From Octopus vulgaris (taxonomy: Eukaryota), in assembly GCA_951406725.2 (NCBI GenBank), contig OX597826.1, positions 56,730,001 to 56,794,000 of the forward strand: 64,000 bases of DNA, given 5' to 3'. Of the stretch, positions 1-13,267 are shown one piece after another. The notes below the pieces were generated by a model, which did not search any database, was not told the origin of the DNA, and was given only the letters and a program-made list of their open reading frames with translations. The translations under genes were made by a program, and so were the position numbers. Within the stretch, counting starts at the first letter, position 1; each line of letters starts with the position of its first letter.

Positions 1-248
1 GAAATTAGTTTACTGATTCAACCCAAAATATTGTTCTGACTTGCACTTTGAATCATGTGTGAAAGTCAGAATCACGAGATACTGGAGTTAGAAGCAATAA
101 TACTCTGTATTTGATTTGCAATCTGGCCTTCGCACACTCAGTTTAACATTGATGTATTACAGTTAAAGTATTTAAAAGTACGAAGGTTAAAGTACTTAAA
201 AGTACTTTAGCCATAGTATATCACTGTACTGGAAACCAAACAATTTCT

Positions 249-458
249 TTAAACTCCCTCATATCACATCATAATGTTTTAAAGTGAAGGAAACACACAC
301 ACACACACATATTTCAATTATCAACATTTAATGTCCATGTTCCATGCTGGCATGGGTTGGACAGTTCAACAGTGTCCAATATGTTCAAAAACAGCAACAA
401 TGCTCCCATGTGTCCCTTGGCATGGTTTCTAGTTGGATGCCCTTCCTAATACCAACCA
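249..458 (+). repeat. Copy 1 of a local ~210-bp direct duplication (decayed repeat + (CA)n + antisense SINE family C 3' end)
   Basis: Near-identical to 2291-2512 from ttaaactccctca to cttcctaataccaacca, differing by a few substitutions and (CA)n length. Confidence 0.9.
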
Positions 459-587
459 TAAAAATGGATATACTACACTGTTGGCAGGATAAATTTATTC
501 AGGCATCATCTGGTACTAACTTAATCCTTTACTGTTGTTTCAGTTATTGGACTGTGGTTATATTGGGGGTACCATTTTCAAGAATAT

Positions 588-737
588 CCCAGTGACACTG
601 ATTCCCACTTATTTTATCAACCTTAGAGAAATGAAAAGCAAAGCTGACTTGCACAGGATTTGAACTCAAAAGGCAAAAGGACAAACTAACATCACAAAGT
701 ATTTGGTTCACTACTATAGTAATTCTGCCATCCACTA
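588..737 (-). mobile_element. Decayed SINE family A relative
   Basis: acttattttatcaaccttagagaaatgaaaagcaaagctgacttgcacaggatttgaactca matches the reverse complement of the family A centre and B box seen at 22647-22880. Confidence 0.6.
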
Positions 738-2290
738 TTGAAATTTATTTTTAAAAAATCCTTTTACCCTATCTTTTGAGAGAAACCTTGTTTTTACACA
801 TAGACAAATTATTCAATCAATGTAATAAAGTGAGTAGACAAACAGTCAGAAACATTTACATCATTTGACTGATTAAAGACAAAATTCTAACATTCACTCC
901 ATCATATCCAGTTATTTGTTGTTGCCGAGAAATTAGGTAGGTAGGTAAGTTATTGGGTTAACAATAACACTATGTAAAAAAACCTAAAATAAACCCAGTT
1001 ACAGAAACAATAAGCTTGATATCCAGCATTTCTGGTCACATAAAAGGAATTAACAATAAATAATTTAATGCCTATATTTTTGTATATAGTATAACATAAA
1101 TACAATCACTCTGAGATTCACAAAGAATCATTTCATGATTTTATGTCATGCTTACGTATTTTAATTTTCGGGTGTGAATTATGTAAATAGGAAATAATAC
1201 CACAAAAATGATTCATAATGTATCCTAGAGATTGTATTATATTATACTACAATAAACTCTGCTATATTGGCATTGAGTGCTTTCATCTATTGTGTATGAG
1301 AAACAACGCATATGCAATATATCTGTAGATATAAATATCTTTTTCACTTTCTTTTTAAGTAAATCCAAGAACCAATTAAGTAAAAGTAGCCGCCGATCAT
1401 TTTGAATCATGAAATTAAAAAAAAAAAAAAAAGAGGAAAGAAATCGTTTCATTTTTTTTAATATTCATTGAAAGAAATTCTTTGGTTACCAACAACACAC
1501 AGCTGTTGTTTAGTGTTGGAATAAGCTTCAACGATAACACCAACATGGAGAAATCACAATAATTCCAGCTGTCTGCAAAGTGAGAACAAAACTTAACTAC
1601 CGGTTTGTAAGATTCTAATTTCGCAATGACCACTGTAGAATGCAATGATAGATCATGATAGATTGGCAAAGTCATGGAATTAAGCCAACAGATGTCCAAT
1701 CAGTCAATTCTCATGAGGAAATAGATATAAAGCAATGACAAAAAGCCAATATTCTTTCCAGTAAGGTTATTTTAAGTAATTCTTTCGTTAAGCTGAAAGC
1801 AACTACTTTCTTTTTACTAAACGTACAGAACTAATTGGTAGTACTAGTAATCTAAAATAACCTATCCCCAGCTTTTCAGCAGTTCTGATATTAATATAGT
1901 AAATACTTTTTAATATCATCTCCAGTAAAGGTAGTGTCATATCTATAACAGTGCATTCAATAAAAGTAGGATGGACACAGTGCAGTAAGGTTCTAGAGGT
2001 TAGTATGTCGGAGTTTATAGATAATTAAGTCTGATTATATTGTAGAAGTTTTAGAAAGCACTTCTAATGAGGTTCAATTTTGGCTACAGCTATGGCATCT
2101 ACTTGGAATTGGCAATTAGTCTATTATGTCTTGTCTGCAGCCCGACAGCCATTATAAATTCCGTACATGCAGTTGGCAACTGACACCAAGTCCCATTGCA
2201 TTCAGTTGCCCATTTCTATGAGATGTCACTGCTTAAAATCAAGTCAAAAACGAAGTCTTTGTAATGACTTGGCCTGCTAGAAAGAACAAC

Positions 2291-2332
2291 TTAAACTCCC
2301 TCACATCACATCATAATGTTTTAAAATGAAGG

Positions 2333-2368
<36 letters not shown>

Positions 2369-2512
2369 CAATTATCAACATTTAATGTCCATGTTCCATG
2401 CTGGCATGGATTGGACAGTTCAACCGGGTCCAATATGTTCAAAAACAGCAACAATGCTCCCATGTGTCCCTTGGCATGGTTTCTAGTTGGATGCCCTTCC
2501 TAATACCAACCA
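2291..2512 (+). repeat. Copy 2 of the local ~210-bp direct duplication
   Basis: Direct match to 249-458. Confidence 0.9.
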
Positions 2513-2578
2513 CTTTGCAACATGGACTGCCATAGTTCCACCTGCATCATAGGGGTCAATATATATATATATATATAT

Positions 2579-2628
2579 AGGCGCAGGAGTGGCTGTGTGG
2601 TAAGTAGCTTGCTAACCAACCACGTGGT
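2579..2628 (+). mobile_element. 5' head (A box only) of tRNA-derived SINE family B
   Basis: aggcgcaggagtggctgtgtggtaagtagcttgctaaccaaccac matches the heads of the copies at 12043-12203(-) and 60523-60917(-); it stops before the B box. Confidence 0.85.
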
Positions 2629-2978
2629 GATCTTATTCTTGCTCACAACATCATAAGCGGAAAGTGTAACCTCTCGAAGGAGCTGTTCTTCACTCCTGCT
2701 CCAGAGCGTCGGCTGCGGAGGTCATTCCGAAAAGCTCTATCTGCGACGATTTCATCTCAATCGAAGGAGAGGGGCTTTCTCCGTCCAGGTTGCGGATCCG
2801 TGGAATAAGCTGCCGGACGAGATGGTGAAGATGCCGATGACTGCTCGGTTCAAAGTCTCCCTTGACCACAAGTGGTCTGAACTCTTTACATGAACACCAC
2901 CCTGTACATAATTCCATGTCCCCCTACATGGCCTCACTTTTTTGCTTTTTGAGCCAAAATATTAACTAACTAACTAAC
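2623..2978 (+). mobile_element. CR1-type LINE 3' remnant (ORF2 C-terminus, 3' UTR, (TAAC)n tail)
   Basis: Translates RGDLILAHNIISGKCNLSKELFFTPAPERRLR [+1 frameshift] GHSEKLYLRRFHLNRRRGAFSVQVADPWNKLPDEMVKMPMTARFKVSLDHKWSELFT* (stop 2891-2893), fitting the CR1 RGDLI/RGH/WNxLP/FKxxLD C-terminal pattern; second copy at 49037-49422. Confidence 0.88.
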
Positions 2979-4175
2979 ATAATACCACACATACAGAGAC
3001 GTGTACCATAAAGAAATGAAGATTTCAGAATTGGAAGGAATGAATGCTAGCAGTGATGATGGTAGTGGTACACAAGATAAATATTTTCAGAATGAAGCAG
3101 CAAAGTAGATGATGTATTGAACACACACAGACGTATACACATTGTGTGTGTATGTATGTGTGTTTGTGCATGCATGTGTGTGTGTGTGTGTGTGTGTGCG
3201 CCAGTGTCCATGTGCTGAATGTTCGTACATGTGCGTGAGCAGAACCGAGTTGAGCCATAACAGTAAAAGCAGTAAATTGCTGTGAAATGTTAACAACAAT
3301 TACAACAACAATAATAAGGTAGGAGTAGTAGTAACAGTAGTAGTAATAGTAGTAGTAGTAATAGTAGCAGAACTTCATTGAATAAGTTCAATGGCAGTAG
3401 GCTACACACACACATGCCTACAAACACACACACATGTATGTATGTATGCATGCATTTATGTATGTATGTACATACGTACGTACGTAACACATATTGGACA
3501 AGGAACAAGAGGCGGAAGCAAGACTGGCTGGCTATAATATACATAATAGAACCTAAGAACCTAAAGTATAACAAGATAGGTAGAGGTGGTGGATGCGGAG
3601 CAAGGCAGTGTCGAAGTTTCAAATGGCCATAGTAATGGTTAGAGAGGACAAAGGAATCCCTGGTTCATTTGCTGTCAGGGAAATTAGCCAGTGTGTTAGG
3701 GATCAAGAGTGCAGGATAAAAGAAGAAGAGGGTGTGTGTGTGTGTGTCTTAAAGCACATTTATTATCATATGATATTATGGCTTATTCCAGCTTCACTTC
3801 TATGTCATTATACACACATTATTAGTGTGTGTGTGTGTGTACGTGCATGCCTTTGTGTGCACGTGTGTGTGTGTGTGTGATCAATGCTGAAGGTGGGTCA
3901 TTATCTAAATTCTGAGAGGAAAAGAGCGCCGCTGTAATAATATTATTATCTTACTTGTTAACTGGTTGCTGAAACAACCAGACACATACATGCACAAATG
4001 GAGAGACATTTATATAGACAAAAGGCATAAGTACACATTGCGTATGCACGTAAGGTAAGTGTGTGTGTCTGTACGAGGATGAGAGAGAGAGAGAGAGAGA
4101 AGAAAGAGATCATTACTGGAAGGACAAAGTGAAACAGAACAAAACAAATGATGTACATATGTGTGAATGGGTGTG

Positions 4176-4577
4176 CATATATATACATATATATACGTAT
4201 ATATATGAATATATATATATATACGTATATATATATGTATATATATATACACGTATATATATGTATATATATACACGTATATATATATGTATATATATAC
4301 ACGTATATATATGTATATATATACACGTATATATATGTATATATATACACGTATATATATGTATATATATACACACGTATATATATGTATATATATACAC
4401 GTATATATATGTATATATATACACATATATATATGTATATATATACACATATATATATGTATATATATACATACACACATATATATGTATATATGTATAT
4501 ATATATATATGTATATATATACATATATATATATATGTATATATATAAATATGTATACATATATATATGTGTGTGTG

Positions 4578-4612
<35 letters not shown>
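4176..4612. repeat. Compound (TA)n array with higher-order ~24-bp unit (acacgtatatatatgtatatatat)
   Basis: Read directly; source of the YI-rich ORFs at 3958-4726. Confidence 0.9.
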
Positions 4613-4618
<6 letters not shown>

Positions 4619-5565
4619 CCATGTACAAGAATTGATATTGGTCATATAATGCAGAATCAGAGAATTTCTAACATAACTCCTTTTTATACTCAAGCCCCTT
4701 CCTCACACAAGAGAGGAGGAAGATGATGAGGTGATGAAGAGGAAGGGGATGAGGAGGAGGAGGAGGCAGTAGCACATCCAGAGACGACGGAATGGTCTCT
4801 AATATATGCTGGTGGTGGTGGTGGTGCTGCTGCTGATTGTAGTGGAGGTGAGCATATCACAAATGGACAAATTGACTGACCTTGCATCAAACCACTCAAC
4901 ACTCTCATGGAAAGATGCGAGGGAGGAGAAAAGAAAGTTAAAAGAAAAGAAAAAAAAAAAAAACGTAAATAACAGTTCGCTATTATCCTAAAATACTTAT
5001 AATTCAACCCTGTCATTAAAGATCAATATAAAATCATTGCTCTCTCTCTCACACTCTCTCATTCTCTCCTCTCTCACAACTTCCCACTTTGCCCTTCCAC
5101 TGCAGATTAAGTTGGTGCTACCAACATAGCCATTTAATTGCTTCATTAACAAACCCCTTGCTTCTTTAATTACAGATGTTATCAAACATGGCCCACAACC
5201 GGCAGTTTCTCCACCGACGTCACTCTAATGCCAGACAAGCTGCTCTTATATAAACCCCGGCTGTTATAAATTCTTGTTTAAACAAATATGTGTGTCTACT
5301 GACAGACACAGCATGATACAAGATGCCACTTGCTGATTTCTATGCAATTTATTCATTCATGTGTGTGTGTGTGAGTGTGAGAGAGAGGGTGTGATCTTAT
5401 TTTTATGTATGCGGTGTTTGTGTGTGCGTAAGCATAAATTTATGTCTCTGCAAGTATGTGTCTTAATACCAGGAGACTAACTGTTTGTGTATCTGTGTTG
5501 TCTATGTATGGTATGTGTGCGTGTTTCCCAAACATGTGCACATGCACGCTTATCCACACTTACAT

Positions 5566-5621
<56 letters not shown>

Positions 5622-6637
5622 TAAACATATTTATATGAACATATGTATATGAACAAGCCCAGCGTTGAGTAAATATGTAAGCACGTGGTCACACTATTCA
5701 CGAATTATGTATGCGGGAACATGTGTAACCACAAAAATTTGTTATATGCGCGTATCTCTGTGCACGAGCAGTGGTTAGATACAGTAGCGGTTCTTCAAAA
5801 GTCTACCCTTCTCCTCTCTCCAAAGACAATAGACTCAACTTCCTATTGCCTCTGCCACTAAGACAAACACACAAAGAGGTTATGAGCAGTGGTCGACTGC
5901 CAATTGACATTTGTTCAAGACGGAATTGCAAACAGGAAGACAGGCACATGCAAGACTTGAATAAATGTTATATTTATAGAATCTAAGGCTAAGAAGTGAT
6001 ACGAAAATAACTTTTCATAATGGCTCTTGTATAGTACATCCTACATTTGTTAATGGTTCTGGTGACATACTGGAAGAAAAGGTATCTAAAAATAGTGACC
6101 TTACTATTTCAACCAGGAACTCATGCTTGAAACCATTATTATTATCGTTGTTGTTTTTGTTGTTGTTATTATTATTAGTAGTAGTAGTATTGTGTCAAGT
6201 TGTAGAGAGATGTTAAAAACCTTCACAGTGGTTGACTTTGACCAAATTTCAAGTATTGTCTTTGTAGTTTTGGCACCAGATAGATTTAATTTAAAGTAGC
6301 AGGCGTTGAGAAAAGTAAAATAAGTTTTCTTGCTGCAATGAATTAAGTTTCTGATGTATGGGTTTGGATGACGAGGGAAAGGCAGGAGATTATACACACA
6401 CACACACACACATACACACAAACACACACACATATGGTTAATGTATATTGGCATCGTGGCTGAAACCAGTACAAGAATATATTGATTTATTTCTGTAGAC
6501 ATGAAGCCAAACTTTGTAGAGGAAAAGTATAACATAATTAACTGCCTCTATACCCCAATATATCACTGATATTGATCCCCAGAGAAATAAATAGTGAAGG
6601 TAATTCACATAACATTCAGCTGACCCAATAACAACTC

Positions 6638-6693
6638 ATACATACATACATACATACATACATACATACATACATACATACATACATACATAC
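6638..6693. repeat. (TACA)n microsatellite
   Basis: Perfect tetranucleotide run. Confidence 0.95.
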
Positions 6694-7125
6694 CCACCCA
6701 CAGTACCCTACCAACACAATACTCCATGGTTGTTTTAAATCTCTGTGAACCCTGTTACTGTGACCATGTCCTACATGTTCATGTGCCTAGGTTCTAATGA
6801 GAACTATAACTAATCTATACACACACAAATATATATACACAAATATATAAATAATTAAAAGAGTATTTGAGCATATTTACAGTATCATCTATATTTGTAA
6901 TTATTGTAAAGCTTTGACCTAAAAAGTAATTAATAAAATTCTTTAAAACAGTCAAGAGAGAGAAATTGCTAAGTTTGTATTTCTGACAATTCAGATTTAT
7001 TAAACACCAGTTAATAATCTACACAAAACTAGTCAACAAATTCTTTTATTTGTGTATCAATGGAGAGTTACTTAAGCATAACACTAGAATGTAGAGGTTT
7101 ATTATTGCTGTTGTTGTTGTTGTTG

Positions 7126-7342
7126 TTTAACCCAAGGTCAGCTCTGATTGAGTAGAGAAATGATCAAAAACGTCTCAGCTGTGATCATCATTCCTGTGCC
7201 CTCAGATATAACACATTGATGCACAAGTACATATTAAATATGCATTTCTATTTTTAAAACTGCATGAACAATTTTTAAAGAAATTTGGGTGGAATTTTCT
7301 TGCAGGAGATTTGATTAGGTAGGGGCTCTATCTTTGGCTCAG
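7126..7342 (+). mobile_element. Old interspersed repeat family D (unclassified), decayed
   Basis: Start motif tttaaccc-aggtcagctctgat and end motif resembling gatttggctgcta recur at ~24562, ~31350, ~39475 and ~54785. Confidence 0.5.
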
Positions 7343-8123
7343 GTGTCTGCACATTTGCAAGAGTAAGAGAGAAAGGACAATACAGTAGGACAAATATAAT
7401 GGCTGATTTGAGTTTAGATCAAACTCAAACTGGCCATTATATTTGTCCCACTGTACTGTATTGTGTATGTATTGGGATCACAGATCAAAAGTACATCAGT
7501 TCATGTTACAATGGACAATAACAACTATGTCAATATATATATGTAACGACCATTATTCATATATAAACTTGCATAAGTGAAGCAGTTGTGTACACACAAT
7601 CATTGGACTATAAAGTCAAAAGATCTCAAGTTCACATCTACTATGGATATTTAATTGTGTATTTGGACAGAACAATGATCAATAAATAAAACTCAGCCCA
7701 ATCTATAGGAATGGTATCAGAAATAAGTGATCATACATCTAAGTTATATCTTTATCCCCATCCTGTCCAAATCTAGAGACCCTTGGGAAAATTAAGAGCC
7801 CTTTAGAAATTGTCTCTTTACAATATATTTGTCAAGTATGTGTGGGTTTGTATCAATGTTTACAAAACTATACTGAGCAAAAATGTTTTGACATCATTTA
7901 TAACTGGGCTTTAACCGGTGATGGTTGTTGACATTTCCTTTTAAAAATCATCTGTTAACTCTGTGCTTCTGAATTCCTCTGGAATAAAAAAAATCCTCGA
8001 CAAAAAAAATAGATAAAGGTGAGTGATAGGTAGGGCATCCAGCTTTGAAAATCCTGCATTGATTTCCACAGGTTTGAGCTATGCCAGCATAGAAAACTCA
8101 TACAACTGAAATGAATGAATGAA

Positions 8124-8178
<55 letters not shown>

Positions 8179-9504
8179 GTATACGCACAGACTCACACAT
8201 GTATAATAGTGTCTGGATTTTACATTTACCACTGTAAACTAGTGAGTCAAGCACCATCCATTTATGTGAAAGAACTAACTTAACCATTCTATGAATAGGA
8301 ATCAATAATTTGAGTACCAGATTGAAAGAAATACTGGAGTTTGTATCATTGACTGAATCCTTTGAAGATGGAGCTTTGGGATGAACTCAGTCTAAATTAG
8401 TGAAAAAGACTAAAAGCGTACACAAAATAATATATGAAAAGTATTCACATTCAAATGTCCTGAATCTTACATTATGTTCATGGGAGGGTGTATATGTGTG
8501 TGTGTGTGTGTGTGTGTTGTATCATTGATACTAATCAATAGGTGTTAATGTGTGTATTTTACTGACAACTTCTTCACTTTTGGCAGGATGAAAATGAAAA
8601 TCATTCCAAGTGCGACTAGAACTCAGAGAAACGTGATATATCACACCAAAGTAGATTTTGTCAAAGCATCGAACCTTGAATATTTTACTATAAGTGCCAA
8701 ATCCTCCCTTCCCAACCAGTCTATTAAACAGATACAATAAATAAACAAAGCACACAATTCTGGATAACTAAATATTGAGGCTTGTAGGAAGATTAAATTT
8801 GTTAGCCAATCTCTCGCCACCCCTTTCTCTCAATCTATCTATCTATACCTCTATCTATCAATCTCTTTATTTAAGCGCACAGCATCTACAGCTAAAATGT
8901 CTCCCATTTTGAATATAAATAAACAGAGTATTCAAAACATTTATTTTTTGGGAAATTACATAGAGGGAAAAAATACACACACACACATATCCACGTATAT
9001 ATTAGAAAATAAACAAAACAAATACGGGAATGATAAATAATAAAATTACATTGAATAAAATCTAAAAAAAAATTTTAAATTAAAAAGAAATAAACATAGT
9101 CATAAATAATAAAGAGAACTTCAAATAGCAATTGGAATAAAAATTTAATATAATTACAGAATTATATTTTGCCATTGTATTTGTTTTTTTCCTTGTAATT
9201 TGTTTTTCTTCTTTTCTTTTTTTCTTTTTTTTTAAATTTTTCCACCCCGAAATATGTTTTCCTTCCCACCAAACCCTGCTACTCTTAGCTTACTTTTCAG
9301 ATATTAACTTAATTTAAAATCATGAAGATACATTTTTCCATTGATTATAATTTAGTTGCCGAAATAATATTTTGAAGAATTAATATAATACAGAAGAAAA
9401 AAAAAAAAAAAAAGAAAAAAAACTAGCAAAAAAAAAAAAAAAGCAAAACGAAACAGGAAGTTGCCCTCTTCTTTACTCTTCTAGAACCATCCTACATTTC
9501 AGTG

Positions 9505-9537
<33 letters not shown>

Positions 9538-10006
9538 TATAAACAAAAGATACTCTTAAAAAATATCGCAGAGAGAGAAAGAAATAAACACACACACAAA
9601 TGTACATACATGAGGTTCACACATACACAAAAACTATGCAGTATGTTCAGAATGATTTTTTTTTTTTTATTTTAATACTTTTATTTTTAAATTATTGATG
9701 AAAGGAAGAGAAGGTGGGGGTGGAAGGACATATTAGATTTCCAAATATATGGAAAATTTTCACTGAAAAATGGGAAAAATATTTCCAATGGAAAATGAAG
9801 AGAAAATAAAGAGAAAGAAAGCAGGGGGGTGAAAGCTAGAAGTTGTGAGATGAAGAGAGAGGGGATGTCAGAGAAAGATTGGGATTGAATCGAAAGAGAG
9901 AAAGAGAGAAAGACGACAGAGAGGGGGAGAGAAATGAGTGGGGGAATGTATGTTTCTGTTTGTATAAATAATACATTAAAAGTGTTTAGGAATTTAAAGC
10001 TGAACA

Positions 10007-10007
<1 letters not shown>

Positions 10008-10069
<62 letters not shown>

Positions 10070-10288
10070 TATATATATATATGCATACATATATATATAT
10101 ATACATATATTCATATATATATATGCATACATATATATATATACATATATACATATATATATATGCATACATATATATATATACATATATACATACATAT
10201 ATATATATACATATATATACATATATACATACATATATATACATATATATACATATATACATACATATATATACATATATATATATAT
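10008..10288. repeat. Compound (TA)n/(TACA)n array
   Basis: Read directly. Confidence 0.95.
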
Positions 10289-10667
10289 AAAATAAACAAA
10301 GACATAGGAACAACATGAAGAAGATACAAATAAAGATTAAAAAAACCCAAAAGGAATGAAAACAAAAACATCAGCAGTGTATGTTTTTACATTAGGCTGG
10401 AATAAGGTAACACTCTTGCCTTAATGATATCACAAAGAACTCTGGAATATTCTTACTGTTGGGAAAATGGTTACAATGTGCATACATATATGCAAAAACT
10501 GATATCAGGAGGAAAAACAACAACAACATTGTATCCAAAGACACACACACACACATTCATTCATTCATTATTTTAATTTCATCATGAACAAAAATATTCA
10601 ACAAAGATAGCAATGTGTATGTGTGTATGTATGTGTATAAATATATGCATGTGTATAAAGATATATG

Positions 10668-10721
<54 letters not shown>

Positions 10722-11177
10722 AGAGAAAGACAGACATGCTCGGATGTTTAGATGTACAAGCAGAAGAGAGAGTATTCAATACATGTAGTACAGTTTGTCT
10801 ATTTGTTCAGACCTGGATCAGCTCTGAACAAACATGCAATATGTATATATTTAAAGGAATGTGTGGATGTACACATGTGTATATATATATATATATATAA
10901 TATATTCATACATATACATATATACATACATGTCACACACACACACACACACACATATGCATACAAGAATGGATGAATGTATGCATTATGTATGCGTGTG
11001 TATGAGTGTGGCTGGCTGGGTGTATATACATTAATGGAAACAAGAGTGGGAGGTAAAAAAGTACTCAATAATGAAAGTAGGGAGAGATATTATTAGAAGC
11101 TGAAGTTGAGCTTTCTATCTACATATACACATATATATACATTCATACATACACACACACCCAAACACATATCTAAC

Positions 11178-11208
<31 letters not shown>

Positions 11209-11552
11209 TCCTTAAATGTATATATCCATACATGTATGAAAATGCTATGTATATATATTCACACACAAACATAAATATATGCACTAATATAAACAACTAA
11301 TCATCTGCATACCTGCAGATATGTGCAAACATGCATGGGGAACATAACTTTACTTGAGCCTGCACACCACATACGTAAACTGATTTAATCATGTAATAGA
11401 ATGAAAATCAATATGCATACATACATGCACACACACACACACACACATACACACACACACACAATTTTTAGAAAATGTAGAGAAAAAAAAACTGGAACTC
11501 CTGTGTCATTAAAAAGCTTTTAAGATTTGAACTCTTAAAAGGTGAAGAAAAA

Positions 11553-11574
11553 TGCAGCAGCAGCAACAGCAGCT

Positions 11575-11625
<51 letters not shown>

Positions 11626-11640
11626 ACAGCAGCAGCAACA
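11553..11640. repeat. (TAG)n flanked by (CAG)n triplet repeats
   Basis: Read directly; explains the poly-L and poly-Y ORFs. Confidence 0.95.
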
Positions 11641-12042
11641 ATAGCAAGTGCGCAAGCACAATACCTGTAGCATGCCTGTATGAAAGAGGTGCATTAGCAG
11701 TGCTAGAGTTTTGGAAACTTTTGCAGCACGTCAACTACAAAAGAAACAAACCCAGGAATGGAGAAGAAATCAAATAACATTTCTTAAGTATACTCTGTGG
11801 AAATACAGGTACATGTGTGTGAATGTGTGTGTGTGTGTGTGTGTGTGAAAAAGAGAGAGACAGAGCATGTATGAATGAATACCTGTGTCTATGTTTACAA
11901 GTTTTTACCTGAGCAGATTTAAGTGCCTCTGAATGAAATATATTAGTGTCTCAGTATCGTGCGATTAAGGGTGTGAGTCTATGTGTCACTATATTCGAGT
12001 GTACACATGCATTTGTGTGAGTCACACAAACACACACACACA

Positions 12043-12203
12043 TGATGGGCTTCTTTCAGTTTCCCTCTACGAAATCCACTCACAAAGCTTTGGTCAGCCC
12101 GAAGGTATAGTAGAAGACACTTGCTCAAAGTGCCACACAGTGGGACTGAACTTGGAACCATGTGGGGAAGCAAGCTTCTTACCACACAGCCACTCCTGCA
12201 CCT
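12043..12203 (-). mobile_element. SINE family B, 5' half
   Basis: Reverse complement gives aggtgcaggagtggctgtgtggtaag (A box) ... ttccaagttcagtccc (B box) and matches 53597-53745. Confidence 0.88.
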
Positions 12204-12393
12204 ACGTATGAGCATGAGTGTGAGAAAGTGTCTAGGTATGAACAACAGTGGGTATATATACATGGTTACCTGAATGTAAGTGCTAATGTATGTGCATATG
12301 ATAATAAGAGCGACTGTAAATGCATGTGTGTATAAAGAGGTGGGAGAAAGCATATAAGATGTTTGCATGTGTGGTTATAAATAAAATGAGTAA

Positions 12394-12729
12394 AGGTATG
12401 CATGTATGTATATATGTATGTAGGTATGCATGAATGTATATATGTATGTAGGTATGCATGAATGTATATATGTATGTAGGTATGCATGAATGTATATATG
12501 TATGTAGGTATGCATGAATGTATATATGTATGTAGGTATGCATGAATGTATATATGTATGTAGGTATGCATGAATGTATATATGTATGTAGGTATGCATG
12601 AATGTATATATGTATGTAGGTATGCATGAATGTATATATGTATGTAGGTATGCATGAATGTATATATGTATGTAGGTATGCATGAATGTATATATGTATG
12701 TAGGTATGCATGAATGTATATATGCATGT
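12394..12729. repeat. 28-bp minisatellite, 12 copies (aggtatgcatgaatgtatatatgtatgt)
   Basis: Unit starts at 12394, 12422, 12450 ... 12702; the ORF track shows the expected 28-aa periodicity. Confidence 0.95.
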
Positions 12730-13231
12730 AGAAGTGAATAAATATGTGAACATGACTGGCTGTGAGTGCATAAATGCAAGTGGTTGCATACATGTTCCTT
12801 ATGTATTGTGCATGCACGTGAGCGCACATATAGATGGGTGGGGGTGGAATGAACAAACCAAACTAAACCTCAATTATTGCTGAGGACACACAGACAGATT
12901 GGACAATTGTCTGCAAAGAGGCAACGGTTGGATCAGTGAAGATGTTAGAGTATACAGTTCAGAATAATGGATGGTAGCTTAAGAAAGAAAGAGTGCATTA
13001 ACATGGGGTGTTATGGGGTGTTGTGGGGTGGACGAGAGTGAGAGAGAAAGAGAGAGAGAGAGAGAAATAAAGAGCTTTCTGCAGGCGAACAACAACACAT
13101 TGCATGCTATTTCAGACCAGAGATGTTAAGGTAATAATTACTAGAACCAAATGACAATAGAGTTGGCTGTATGTGATTCAGGACAAGTTCTTAGTGAGTA
13201 AATTTTCAAGACTCCTTGGAAGAATAGTAGA

Positions 13232-13267
<36 letters not shown>

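Noticed and set aside
1560-1766. Possible exon ending at ca|gtaagg (MTKSQYSF) and ORF 1415-1699(-)
   Set aside because: Multiple stops and upstream ATGs on the plus strand, no recognisable protein and no partner exon; cannot be supported without RNA data
2690-2937. ORFs 2690-2917(-), 2752-2937(-) and 49119-49328(+)
   Set aside because: Antisense frames of the CR1 remnants, not genes
3958-4726. Long ORFs (up to 227 aa) rich in YI/HT/CV, also near 10, 12, 20, 22, 33, 46 and 62 kb
   Set aside because: Stop-free translations of dinucleotide and tetranucleotide repeats, open in several frames on both strands
5771-5986. 71-aa complex-looking ORF
   Set aside because: GTG start, no recognisable domain or splice context; more likely an unclassified repeat or chance ORF
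12394-12729. CRISPR-like 28-bp periodicity
   Set aside because: Head-to-tail units with no spacers, no cas genes, eukaryotic context
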